A stretch of 20,585 nt of DNA. Origin: Armatimonadota bacterium (GTDB lineage: Bacteria > Armatimonadota > Zipacnadia > Zipacnadales > UBA5352). Under the pieces are notes generated by a model. The model worked only from the letters and a program-made list of their open reading frames with translations, was not told where the DNA came from and did no database searches. The DNA lies in NCBI GenBank assembly GCA_034722055.1, contig JAYENL010000285.1:1-20585 (forward strand), given 5' to 3'. The position numbers and the translations under genes were made by a program. Of this stretch, positions 1 to 7,541 are shown piece by piece (position 1 is the first letter of the stretch; each line of letters begins with the position of its first letter).

Positions 1-1
1 T

Positions 2-73
2 CCGGCTGAGGAGACGGAGGGCGCTCCGCCCGAGGAGACGGAGGCCGCTCCGGCCGAGGAGACGGAGGAGCCC
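2..73 (+). repeat. In-frame 24-bp imperfect tandem repeat (at least 3 copies) encoding P[AP]EETE[GAE][AP]
   Basis: Units at 2-25 (ccggctgaggagacggagggcgct), 26-49 (ccgcccgaggagacggaggccgct) and 50-73 (ccggccgaggagacggaggagccc). Confidence 0.85.
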
Positions 74-367
74 GAGGCGCAGCAGGGGCAGGAGGCGGAG
101 CCCGAAGGGCCCACCGCGGATGAGCTGGTGGCCGAGGGCCTGGCGGCCAAGCGCGCCGGCCGCCTCGATGAGGCCGCCGAGAGGCTCCGACAGGCGCTGG
201 AGATCGACGCCGAGCACGTGCAGGCGCACTGGGTGATGGCCTGGGTGCAGGTGGAGCTCGATCAGAAGCAGGAGGCCATCGAGCACTTCCGGCAGGTCGT
301 GGAGCTGGCGGAGGACGAGGACCTGAGGGAGCAGGCCGAGGCCGCCATCGAGCGGCTGCAGCAGTAG
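2..367 (+). CDS. C-terminal part of a TPR-repeat protein with an acidic Pro/Glu/Ala-rich linker (5' end outside window)
   Basis: The frame of ORF 128..367 is open back to base 2: PAEETEGAPPEETEAAPAEETEEPEAQQGQEAEPEGPTADELV. It continues into TPR-like helix pairs (GRLDEAAERLRQALEIDAEHVQAHWVMAWVQVELDQKQEAIEHFRQVVEL). Stop TAG at 365-367. Confidence 0.85.
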   Translation, partial: PAEETEGAPPEETEAAPAEETEEPEAQQGQEAEPEGPTADELVAEGLAAKRAGRLDEAAERLRQALEIDAEHVQAHWVMAWVQVELDQKQEAIEHFRQVVELAEDEDLREQAEAAIERLQQ

Positions 368-488
368 GCGCCGACCGTTATCGCCCCAAGCGCGTCGCAA
401 GCCCCTGTCGTACGGGCTATGCATGGCCCACATCTGCGTGCTCGCCGAGGCCGATGGCCGCGGTGCTGGGGTGGATCATTCTCCAGAT

Positions 489-537
489 GGAGGGGCCGCT
501 CCGAGCGCCGCCTACGGCGGCGTGAGGAGTGAGGCCC
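489..537 (+). repeat. GGAG-tagged long hairpin, tandem-GA class (copy A)
   Basis: GGAG-GGGCC-GCT-CCGAG-CGCCGCC-tac-GGCGGCG-TGAGG-AGT-ga-GGCCC. Same architecture as the copies at 14812, 14915, 16331, 18920 and 18985. Confidence 0.65.
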
Positions 538-598
538 GATAGGGCCGAAGGTTCCACCCCGGCCCATGTCGTCGCCTGAGCGCGAACGCCAAACGGCC

Positions 599-635
599 GG
601 GCGGGCAAGGAAGCCCGCCCCTCCGTACGGCACGA
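599..635 (-). repeat. REP-like GGAG-tagged short hairpin (copy B)
   Basis: Minus strand reads TCGTGCCGTAC-GGAG-GGGCGGGC-ttcctt-GCCCGCCC, a perfect 8-bp stem. The flank CCTCCGTACGGCACGA (620-635) is identical to 13585-13600. Confidence 0.7.
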
Positions 636-688
636 ACGGCGGGCCAGGATGGAACCGCGTTCCCACACCGCCTGCCGTCGGGCGCAGT

Positions 689-3600
689 TTACCGCTCCCA
701 AATCGCGCCGCGGAGGACCCTCCCGCCGGCCGCGACGATGAGGGGGTGGTCGGCGGAGGCGTCTACCGCCAGCATCTGCAGCGGCTCGCCCACGTGCCAG
801 CGAGCCAGCTCGTCGCCCGCGGCGTTGAAGATCGCCACCGAGCCGTCGCGCGAGCTGCGGGCGATGGCGGAGTCGATGAGAGCGGCGTCGGTCACCTGAT
901 TGTCGGCATAGCGCACCCAGAGCACCTCGCCGCCGGCGCTCAGCAGCGCCAGGAAGCCGCTGTGTGAGGCCAGCGCGATCTCCGGAGATCCGTCCGCGTC
1001 GAGGTCCTCGGCCAGCAGCGCCGCCACGCGATCATCGCCGATGTGCTTCGCCCACGCCACGTCTGCACTGCTGTCACCGCCCGAGGCCACTGTGCAGGCG
1101 GTGACCCGGCCGTCCACGTCCCCGTAGAGGGCCTCGGGCAGGTCGTCGCCGTCCACGTCGGCGGCGGTGATGACGCTGTTGCCGCCCTTGGCGCTGGGCA
1201 CGACTGTCAGCCGGCCGCGCCCGGTGCGGCTGAAGTCCATGATCCGCTGCGAGAAGTAGGTGTAGCCGCACAGCAGCTCCAGGAGACCGTCGCCGGTGAG
1301 GTCAGCGGCGCCGATGGCGATGGCCTTGTGCCGCCAGTTCGTCTCCCACGGCTCCTCCTCAGGTCCCTTGGGCTCGCCGGTGTTGTCGAGCGCGTAGAAG
1401 AAGGTGTTGGCGCAGCCGACGGCGATGTCCGGCACCTCGTCGCCGTCGAAGTCCTCGATCAGCACCGCCCGCACATGTCCCTCCTGCCCGCCCTCGGCGT
1501 AGTGGGCCTCAAAGAACCTGCTCCACAGCTCCTCGCCCGTGGCCGAGAGCACGTGCAGGTGCGAGTCCTCCACGCCCACTGCGATCTCCGGTGCCCCGCC
1601 AACGTCGATCTGCCCGACGGCAAGGTCGTTGATCCTGGCGCCGAAGTCGTGCCGCCACAGCTCAGTGCCCTCCGAGTCCACCGCCACCAGCGTCCCGTCC
1701 TGGCAGCCGGCGAGCAGCTCGAGCACACCGTCGCCGGTGAGGTCACCGCTCTCCAGCGCCGCCACCTCGGCCGGCAGCTCCACCTCGAAGGCGGGCGTCA
1801 TATTGCGTGTGGGCGCCGGCTCCGGCCGGGGGATCTCCGTCTCTGCTTGGTCCCATGCCAGGCGCCATGCCTGGTCCAAGGCGGCGGAAAGCGGCCCGAA
1901 ATCGCCCCGCAGCTCGTGTCGGCCGGCACCAAGCTCGGCAGGTTCCGCGAGGCCCGAGAGGGTCAGTGTCAGGGGCTGGTCGGCCTCCACCACGGCCCTG
2001 CCCGCCTCGGTGTCCACCGACAGGCGCACCGGAGCGTCGGCCAGCATGAGCGCCTCGCCGCCGGCGCTCAGCCTCGTCCCGTCGATCAGCAGCAGTCCGC
2101 CCTCGCCGGCCACGAACTGCCGGGCGTCGATCTCCATCCCCGCCATCGACAGCCCGCCGACCCCGGCCACCGCCCGCAGGTCGCCGTCGATGGCGACTGC
2201 CGTCTCGCTGAGGCGTCGCGCCCTGTGTCGGGGCGCGTCCTGTGAGGTGGCGTAGAAGACCGCCGGCAGCATCATCCCCTCGCCGGGCTGCAGCTCCCGG
2301 CGCAGGCGGTGACTCAGCACCTTCGGCATGGAGTCCTCGGCGAACTCGTAGCTCTCCCAGTTGCTGGTGTCCTCCGGGTCGGTGGCCTCCATGAGCTGGC
2401 CCTCGCCCGGCGCGTGCAGGAAGAAGTGCTCGCCCTGCTGCTGGACATGCCAGGTGTGGTCGGCCAGTGAGGTCTCTCCAAGGCTGCGGAAGCGGGCCTT
2501 GACGTCATACGTGCCCGGCTCGGTGGCGGTGACCTCGTCGAACAGCAGGAAGGTCTCGCTGCCGCGGCTGTATATGAGGTGCCGGTCCCAGTCGAGTCCG
2601 GTGTAGCCGGGCGCGCGCGTGATGGTCGAGGCCCACAGACCGGCGTCGAAGCGGGACTGCAGGCTGGAGAACAGCCCCGGCGTGCCGCTCTCGGCGTTGC
2701 GCATGACGGTCAGCGTGTTGTGGTCCTTGGGGTCGGACTTGAGGTAGTCACCCTCGCACAGCCACATGCGGTTGTTGGCGGTGAAGCGCAGGATGGAATT
2801 GCCGTCCCAGTGGCCGTGATAGCCGCCGGAGAGGCCGTCCAGCAGCAGATAGGGGACCTGGGGATCGACCTCCTCCCGGAAGCTGAGCTTGTCGAAGCAC
2901 TCCGCCAGCGGGACCTGGGCGTCCCCGCCATAGTAGTCGTAATACATGGGCTCCAGAGGGTGCACATAGAGGCCGGTCAGGTCGTCCCAGTCCGCCCGGG
3001 ACAGGTCCAACCGGCCGCCCGACGCCGACAGCCAGTTGCGAGCGTTCTCCTCGGGCGTTGGCGGGCCGTCCGCCGGTCGGTAGGCGCCGACATCGCCGTA
3101 GCCCACGCCCGAGCCCATGTTGTCGTGGCTCATCAGCCGCAGCGTCAGGAAATCGTACACCATGGGCTGATCGAACCAGTCCCACCGGCCCGTGATGGCG
3201 GCGTAGCGGGCCACGTGGGTGTAAGCGATGTCCATGTAGCCCCAGCAGTCCTCCATGGGCTTGGAGCTTAGCAGCGGGCCCCGCATGAACATGTCCGCCC
3301 AGTCCAGCCAGCGCTGCGCCTCGGGCAGGCCGTAGTACTTCCCGAAGTAGTCGCCGGCGGTGGCGATGGCGTAGGCGGGGAAGGTCTGATGGTTATGGGC
3401 GATCATCTCCGGGCGCTCCTGCAGTATCTCAGTCATCTCCTCGGGCGGATGGTGCCCCTTCTCTCCGCCCGGCAGCCGCACGCAGTTCCAGTCGAAGATG
3501 CCCTCGCACTTGCGCGCCATCAGCAGGATCAGGTTGGTGAGCTGTAGCCGGTGCAGGCGGCCCTGGGTGCCGGCGAAGCTCTCGTGGTGCTCGCGCCGGT

Positions 3601-5269
3601 CCCAGTTGCCAACGATCTTCTGCGTCTCGGCGTCGATGAAGCCGTCGCCGGGGATCTGGCGAATGGTGTCATACGAGTCCAGATACTCCAGGTAGCGGTA
3701 GCCAAGCAGGACGAAGGTGTCGTCGGGATAGTACTTCCAGTCGCGGTGCAGGTGGCGGATGGCGCCCTGGCGCAGCCACTTGCTGCTCTCCACCGCCATC
3801 TGCCTGTAGTGCTCGCGCTCATCCTGGTAGGTGGGAGCCGGCAGCAGCTCCCAGGGGTAGGTGAGCGTCTCCTCCCCCTCCAGGCGCTCGATGAAGGCCT
3901 GCGCGCTGCGCCGCACCTGCGCTTCATCCATCCCGCCCAGGACGATGGTGTTGACACCGGTGCCGCGCGGCTCCACATCCACGTAGATCTGCGGCTCGCC
4001 CTCCTCCGGCGGACCCGGTATGTGGCTCCAGGCGTTCGGCGAGGACTTGAGGATGGCGAAGGTGCTCTCGGCGGTCCCCAGCGCGATGACATTGGTGGCG
4101 CGGAAGTGCTCCTGTGTGACCTCGTCGCCCGCCAGGATCTCCGGCCGCGCCCCGCTGCGATCCTCGATGGCCGTCCCCACCGCCTCGCCCTGCGCCCGGT
4201 ACTGCCCCTCGTCGCCCACCGCGATGATGCAGCGCGGCTGCCCCTGAGACGCCAGGACGGTGTCGCGCTGGAAGTCGTGGAGATCAGTGATGGTCTCGTT
4301 GAGGGTGAGCTGATGGATGCGCACCTGATCCAGGTAGACGCCGGCGCCCTCGCGCAGTGTCATCGTGATGGTGGCGGGGCCATCCGCCGGCTGGGTGAAG
4401 TGCGAGCGCTGCCAGGTGAAGACGGTGTTGGTGATCGCCTGCGGGCGCATGGCCTCCTGGCCGCGGGTGAGGGCGATCTCGCTGAAGGTGTCCGGCTCCA
4501 CGGCCAGCGAGCGGACCCGCACGGTGTAGTGGCCGGCCGGCAGTGGCATCTGGAAGCTTACGGCCTCGCCCGGCTCGTCGAGCAGCACCGCCCGCTCCGA
4601 GGCGCCCTCCACCTCCGGGCTCTCGCAGTCAGTGTCGCCGGCCTCCGCCTGCAGCGTCACGTCCTGGAGCGGCAGCATGCCGGCCGCCGGCTGATCCAGG
4701 CCGAGGATGCGGATCTCGTCCACGAAGAGGTACTTCCAGGTCTGCTCCTGGAAGTCCAGGCGGACACGCTCGGCCGGGAGCCCCCCGATGTCGGCCACGT
4801 AGGTGTAGACGCGAGTGGTGTCGGGGTCCCATGCCTCGTCGGTCCGGATCTGCGCCACCTGGACGAAGACGGGCCACGGGAAGCCGCTGCCCACCAGCGC
4901 CAGGTCGATGCGCTCCGGCGGCTGCACGCCGCCCGAGGAGCCGCAGATTGTAGCCTCGACGCGATCCACGCGGACCTCCCCGCCCAGGTCCACCTCCACG
5001 CTGACGGGCTTGCGGTAGTCCGTGTCGCGCCAGCCCACCCACTCTGCGGTCCTGTAGCTGCTGGCCGGACCGGAGACGCCGTCGGTCAGCTCCCCGCGGT
5101 AGAACTCGTCCGGCGCGTGGGCCACCGGCCCGGAGTCGTCGGCATAGCGATCCGCCGGCGCCGGCGTCACGCGGTAGGACCTGCCCAGAGCGTGGTTGGT
5201 CGGCTCCTGCGCGCTCGTCGGCAGCAGTGAGAGGATCAGGACCGCAACGATTACAGCTTTCCTCGTTAT
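689..5269 (-). CDS. Large secreted multidomain carbohydrate-active protein (~1526 aa): discoidin/CBM-like beta-sandwiches, GH20/GH67 N-domain-like module, heparinase II/III-like lyase core, C-terminal FG-GAP/PQQ-type beta-propeller
   Basis: ORF 689..5170 extends in frame to an ATA at 5269, giving a signal peptide (ITRKAVIVAVLILSLLPTSA-QE). Motifs: ELTDG..WVGW..VEVDLG (discoidin-like); VIALGT and IVLGGMD..R.AQAFIERL (GH20/67 N-domain-like); LLLDGLSGGYHGHWDGNSILRF...DHNTLTV (heparinase II/III-like); repeated DxxGDGxxE(I/L) loops (DLTGDGVLEL, DFDGDEVPDI, DLTGDGLLEL, DVDGDDLPE, DLDADGSPEI). Domain calls are from motif recognition, not a search. Confidence 0.8.
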   Translation of the reverse strand: MTRKAVIVAVLILSLLPTSAQEPTNHALGRSYRVTPAPADRYADDSGPVAHAPDEFYRGELTDGVSGPASSYRTAEWVGWRDTDYRKPVSVEVDLGGEVRVDRVEATICGSSGGVQPPERIDLALVGSGFPWPVFVQVAQIRTDEAWDPDTTRVYTYVADIGGLPAERVRLDFQEQTWKYLFVDEIRILGLDQPAAGMLPLQDVTLQAEAGDTDCESPEVEGASERAVLLDEPGEAVSFQMPLPAGHYTVRVRSLAVEPDTFSEIALTRGQEAMRPQAITNTVFTWQRSHFTQPADGPATITMTLREGAGVYLDQVRIHQLTLNETITDLHDFQRDTVLASQGQPRCIIAVGDEGQYRAQGEAVGTAIEDRSGARPEILAGDEVTQEHFRATNVIALGTAESTFAILKSSPNAWSHIPGPPEEGEPQIYVDVEPRGTGVNTIVLGGMDEAQVRRSAQAFIERLEGEETLTYPWELLPAPTYQDEREHYRQMAVESSKWLRQGAIRHLHRDWKYYPDDTFVLLGYRYLEYLDSYDTIRQIPGDGFIDAETQKIVGNWDRREHHESFAGTQGRLHRLQLTNLILLMARKCEGIFDWNCVRLPGGEKGHHPPEEMTEILQERPEMIAHNHQTFPAYAIATAGDYFGKYYGLPEAQRWLDWADMFMRGPLLSSKPMEDCWGYMDIAYTHVARYAAITGRWDWFDQPMVYDFLTLRLMSHDNMGSGVGYGDVGAYRPADGPPTPEENARNWLSASGGRLDLSRADWDDLTGLYVHPLEPMYYDYYGGDAQVPLAECFDKLSFREEVDPQVPYLLLDGLSGGYHGHWDGNSILRFTANNRMWLCEGDYLKSDPKDHNTLTVMRNAESGTPGLFSSLQSRFDAGLWASTITRAPGYTGLDWDRHLIYSRGSETFLLFDEVTATEPGTYDVKARFRSLGETSLADHTWHVQQQGEHFFLHAPGEGQLMEATDPEDTSNWESYEFAEDSMPKVLSHRLRRELQPGEGMMLPAVFYATSQDAPRHRARRLSETAVAIDGDLRAVAGVGGLSMAGMEIDARQFVAGEGGLLLIDGTRLSAGGEALMLADAPVRLSVDTEAGRAVVEADQPLTLTLSGLAEPAELGAGRHELRGDFGPLSAALDQAWRLAWDQAETEIPRPEPAPTRNMTPAFEVELPAEVAALESGDLTGDGVLELLAGCQDGTLVAVDSEGTELWRHDFGARINDLAVGQIDVGGAPEIAVGVEDSHLHVLSATGEELWSRFFEAHYAEGGQEGHVRAVLIEDFDGDEVPDIAVGCANTFFYALDNTGEPKGPEEEPWETNWRHKAIAIGAADLTGDGLLELLCGYTYFSQRIMDFSRTGRGRLTVVPSAKGGNSVITAADVDGDDLPEALYGDVDGRVTACTVASGGDSSADVAWAKHIGDDRVAALLAEDLDADGSPEIALASHSGFLALLSAGGEVLWVRYADNQVTDAALIDSAIARSSRDGSVAIFNAAGDELARWHVGEPLQMLAVDASADHPLIVAAGGRVLRGAIWER

Positions 5270-5342
5270 GGCTTGGCCTCGCTCTGAATCGAGCGTCGCA
5301 CGCCGCTTCGCGGACGTGAGTGCGCTCTTCCCTTGCGCCGCT

Positions 5343-5383
5343 GGCCGACGGACACCTCCATGCCCGACGAGGTGTCGGCGGCC
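5343..5383. promoter_or_regulatory. Inverted repeat in a divergent promoter region (possible operator or hairpin)
   Basis: GACACCTC (5351-5358)-N10-GAGGTGTC (5369-5376) is a perfect 8-bp inverted repeat, with outer GGCCG/CGGCC arms. Confidence 0.4.
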
Positions 5384-5393
5384 GATCAGCGAA
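5370..5393 (+). promoter_or_regulatory. Putative sigma-H-like promoter AGG-N18-GAA
   Basis: cgAGGtgtcggcggccgatcagcGAAcc lies about 60 nt upstream of ATG 5452. The same motif recurs before other genes. Confidence 0.4.
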
Positions 5394-5451
5394 CCTACCG
5401 GCCGCAGTGCGGCGCTTGGCCGAGTGCACGTGCTCCAGGAGGCGGACAGAG

Positions 5452-6678
5452 ATGACGGGCCCCAAGGCGGTCCTGCATGGCAGACTCATCGACGGCACGG
5501 GCGCGGATGCCATCGACGACGCTGCGGTGGTCGTCCGGGATGGCCTGGTTGAGGCGGTCGGCCGTGCGGAGGAGGTCGAGATTCCCGACAATGCCGAGGT
5601 CATCAACGCCGCGGGCCGCACGGTTATGCCCGGGCTGGTCGAGGGGCACGCGCACGTCGGGGGGAGCCCGGCCGGGCAGCAGGTGCTGCGCATCTCCCTG
5701 CAGCGGGGCATCACCACCGTCTGCAGCGTCTCGGCGAACAAGGACGGGATAGCGCTTCGCGACGGCATCGAGGCCCGGCAGGTGCGCGGCTGTGCGCGAC
5801 TGGTGGCTGGCTGCGTCGTCAGCCCCACCTTCGGCCACGTCCGCTTCCGCACCGCCGACGGGCCGTGGGAGGTCCGCAAGGCCGTTCGGGAGATGGTCCA
5901 GGTGGGTGCGGACTTCATCAAGACCGCGGCCTCGGGCGGCTTCTGGGGCGAGGATGAGGACTGTTCGGTGCGCAACTACACCCTGGAGGAGCTGGAGGCG
6001 CTGGTGGATGAGGCTCACGCCTGGGGGCGGCCGGTGGTGGTGCACGCCCACAGCCAGCCGGGCATCAACAACTCCATCGCCGCAGGTGTCGATCAGGTTC
6101 ACCACGGGGCCTTCATCGACGAGGAGGGCGTGAGGGGCATCGCCGAGCGGGGCCTCTGCTTCATGCCCACGCTGCGCGTCACCTGCGATAAGAACATCAA
6201 GGCCTGGCCCGACCGCCCATGGATGGAGGAGGAAATGACCGCGGCCCAGCCAGTGCACCGGGAGGGCGTGCGGCTGGCGCATCAGCTCGGTGTGAAGATC
6301 GCGTTCGGCTCCGACTACCCCAGCTCCAAGCACGTGTGGAGGATCGGGGACGCCGCCCTGTGGGAGCTGCAGGAGCTGGTGTGGGCCGGCCTCTCGCCCA
6401 TGGAGGCCATCGTGGCGGCAACGCGGACCACGGCGGAGGCCTATCGCCTCGACGACATCGGCACCCTCGAGCCGGGAGTGAAGGCCGACCTGCTCATCGC
6501 CGACGGCGATCCCCTCGACGATGTGGGGGTGCTCTACGAGCCGGAGAGCATCCGCCTGGTGATGAAGGACGGGATTGTGGAGTCCGTCGAGGAGGAGTAT
6601 CTGCAGCACTACGTGGTCAAGGAGCCCCAACCCGAGGATCGCCCGGCCTACGACCCGCTGGAGGGGGCGCCGGATTAG
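5452..6678 (+). CDS. Metal-dependent amidohydrolase (amidohydrolase_1, prolidase-like subgroup), 408 aa
   Basis: SD AGGAGG precedes ATG 5452. Motifs: GRTVMPGLVEGHAH (HxH), GADFIK (bridging Lys), VVVHAH, VHHG, IAFGSD, IGTLEPGVKADLL, VMKDG. Confidence 0.92.
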   Translation: MTGPKAVLHGRLIDGTGADAIDDAAVVVRDGLVEAVGRAEEVEIPDNAEVINAAGRTVMPGLVEGHAHVGGSPAGQQVLRISLQRGITTVCSVSANKDGIALRDGIEARQVRGCARLVAGCVVSPTFGHVRFRTADGPWEVRKAVREMVQVGADFIKTAASGGFWGEDEDCSVRNYTLEELEALVDEAHAWGRPVVVHAHSQPGINNSIAAGVDQVHHGAFIDEEGVRGIAERGLCFMPTLRVTCDKNIKAWPDRPWMEEEMTAAQPVHREGVRLAHQLGVKIAFGSDYPSSKHVWRIGDAALWELQELVWAGLSPMEAIVAATRTTAEAYRLDDIGTLEPGVKADLLIADGDPLDDVGVLYEPESIRLVMKDGIVESVEEEYLQHYVVKEPQPEDRPAYDPLEGAPD

Positions 6679-7541
6679 TCACCATCCGCGCTCTTGGCGC
6701 GGACGAGCAGGACGGTGCACTCGGCCTGGGTGGCGATGCGCTCGGCCCAGCTCCCGAAGATGGACTCGGCGATCGACGGCCGCGGCTCGGCGCCCACGAT
6801 GGCCACGTCATGCCCGTTGGCGATCTCCAGCATCCGGTCCAGCGGATCCACGCCCTCGGGCGGCTGCTCGATCACCAGGTCCCCAAGGTCCTCCATCTCC
6901 TGCTCGGCCAGCAGCGCCTCCAGCCGCTCCCGGGCCTGCTCTTCGGTCTCATCCTCGCGCAGCAGATGGATGAGCGTCACCGGCGCGGACTTGGCTCGGC
7001 AGATCGCCCCCGCCAGCATTCCGCTGACGCGAAGGTTCAGCCCGGTGTTGATGGGCAGGAGGATACTGCGGACCCGATCGCGGCGGAACTTGGCCACCAC
7101 CAGGTCGGCCTCGCTGTTCCGAGCCACCTGATGCATGACCCTGTCGAAGCGCTTGCCGGCGGCCTCGTCCTCCTCCCTGAGCTCGGAGTGCCCCACCACG
7201 ATCAGCGACGCCTCCTGCGTCTCGGCGGCGGACACCAACCCCTCGCTGACCTCCCGCGCCACCTCGACCACGCCCTTCACCGGCACATCCTCACCGGCTC
7301 CCTGGCGGATGGCGTCCAGCAGAAGCTGCCGGGCCTGCGCCATCTCCGCCGAGCCTCTCGCCGAGCCCAGGTGCGCCTGCGGCGGAACCACCAGGATGTG
7401 AGTGGCAATGACGTTGTACTCCGCGTATGCCGCCAGGCATTCGGCCAGGTCCATCAGGCGCTGGATAGTCTCAGGGTTGGCGATGCCCACCAGCATGGTG
7501 GCGATCGCGTCCTCAGACCGCTCATCCCCGGCCATCGTCAT
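6675..7541 (-). CDS. Universal stress protein (two USP domains), ~288 aa
   Basis: TMLVGIANPETIQRLMDLA, ASLIVVGHS, SILLPI, and a typical USP terminus SIFGSWAERIATQAECTVLLVR. ATG at 7541 overlaps the upstream TGA (TGATG), suggesting translational coupling. Alternative starts are 7550 and 7535. Confidence 0.85.
   Translation of the reverse strand: MTMAGDERSEDAIATMLVGIANPETIQRLMDLAECLAAYAEYNVIATHILVVPPQAHLGSARGSAEMAQARQLLLDAIRQGAGEDVPVKGVVEVAREVSEGLVSAAETQEASLIVVGHSELREEDEAAGKRFDRVMHQVARNSEADLVVAKFRRDRVRSILLPINTGLNLRVSGMLAGAICRAKSAPVTLIHLLREDETEEQARERLEALLAEQEMEDLGDLVIEQPPEGVDPLDRMLEIANGHDVAIVGAEPRPSIAESIFGSWAERIATQAECTVLLVRAKSADGD

Noticed and set aside
1043..5230. Long plus-strand ORFs (1043..2245, 2579..3271, 3551..5230) and similar ones at 13743..16196, 16862..18064 and 5395..6630
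   Set aside because: They are antisense shadows of well-supported genes, as expected in high-GC DNA, and show no recognisable motifs.
6675..6678. Overlapping stop codons of the convergent amidohydrolase and USP genes
   Set aside because: This is real but a common arrangement, with no further signal.
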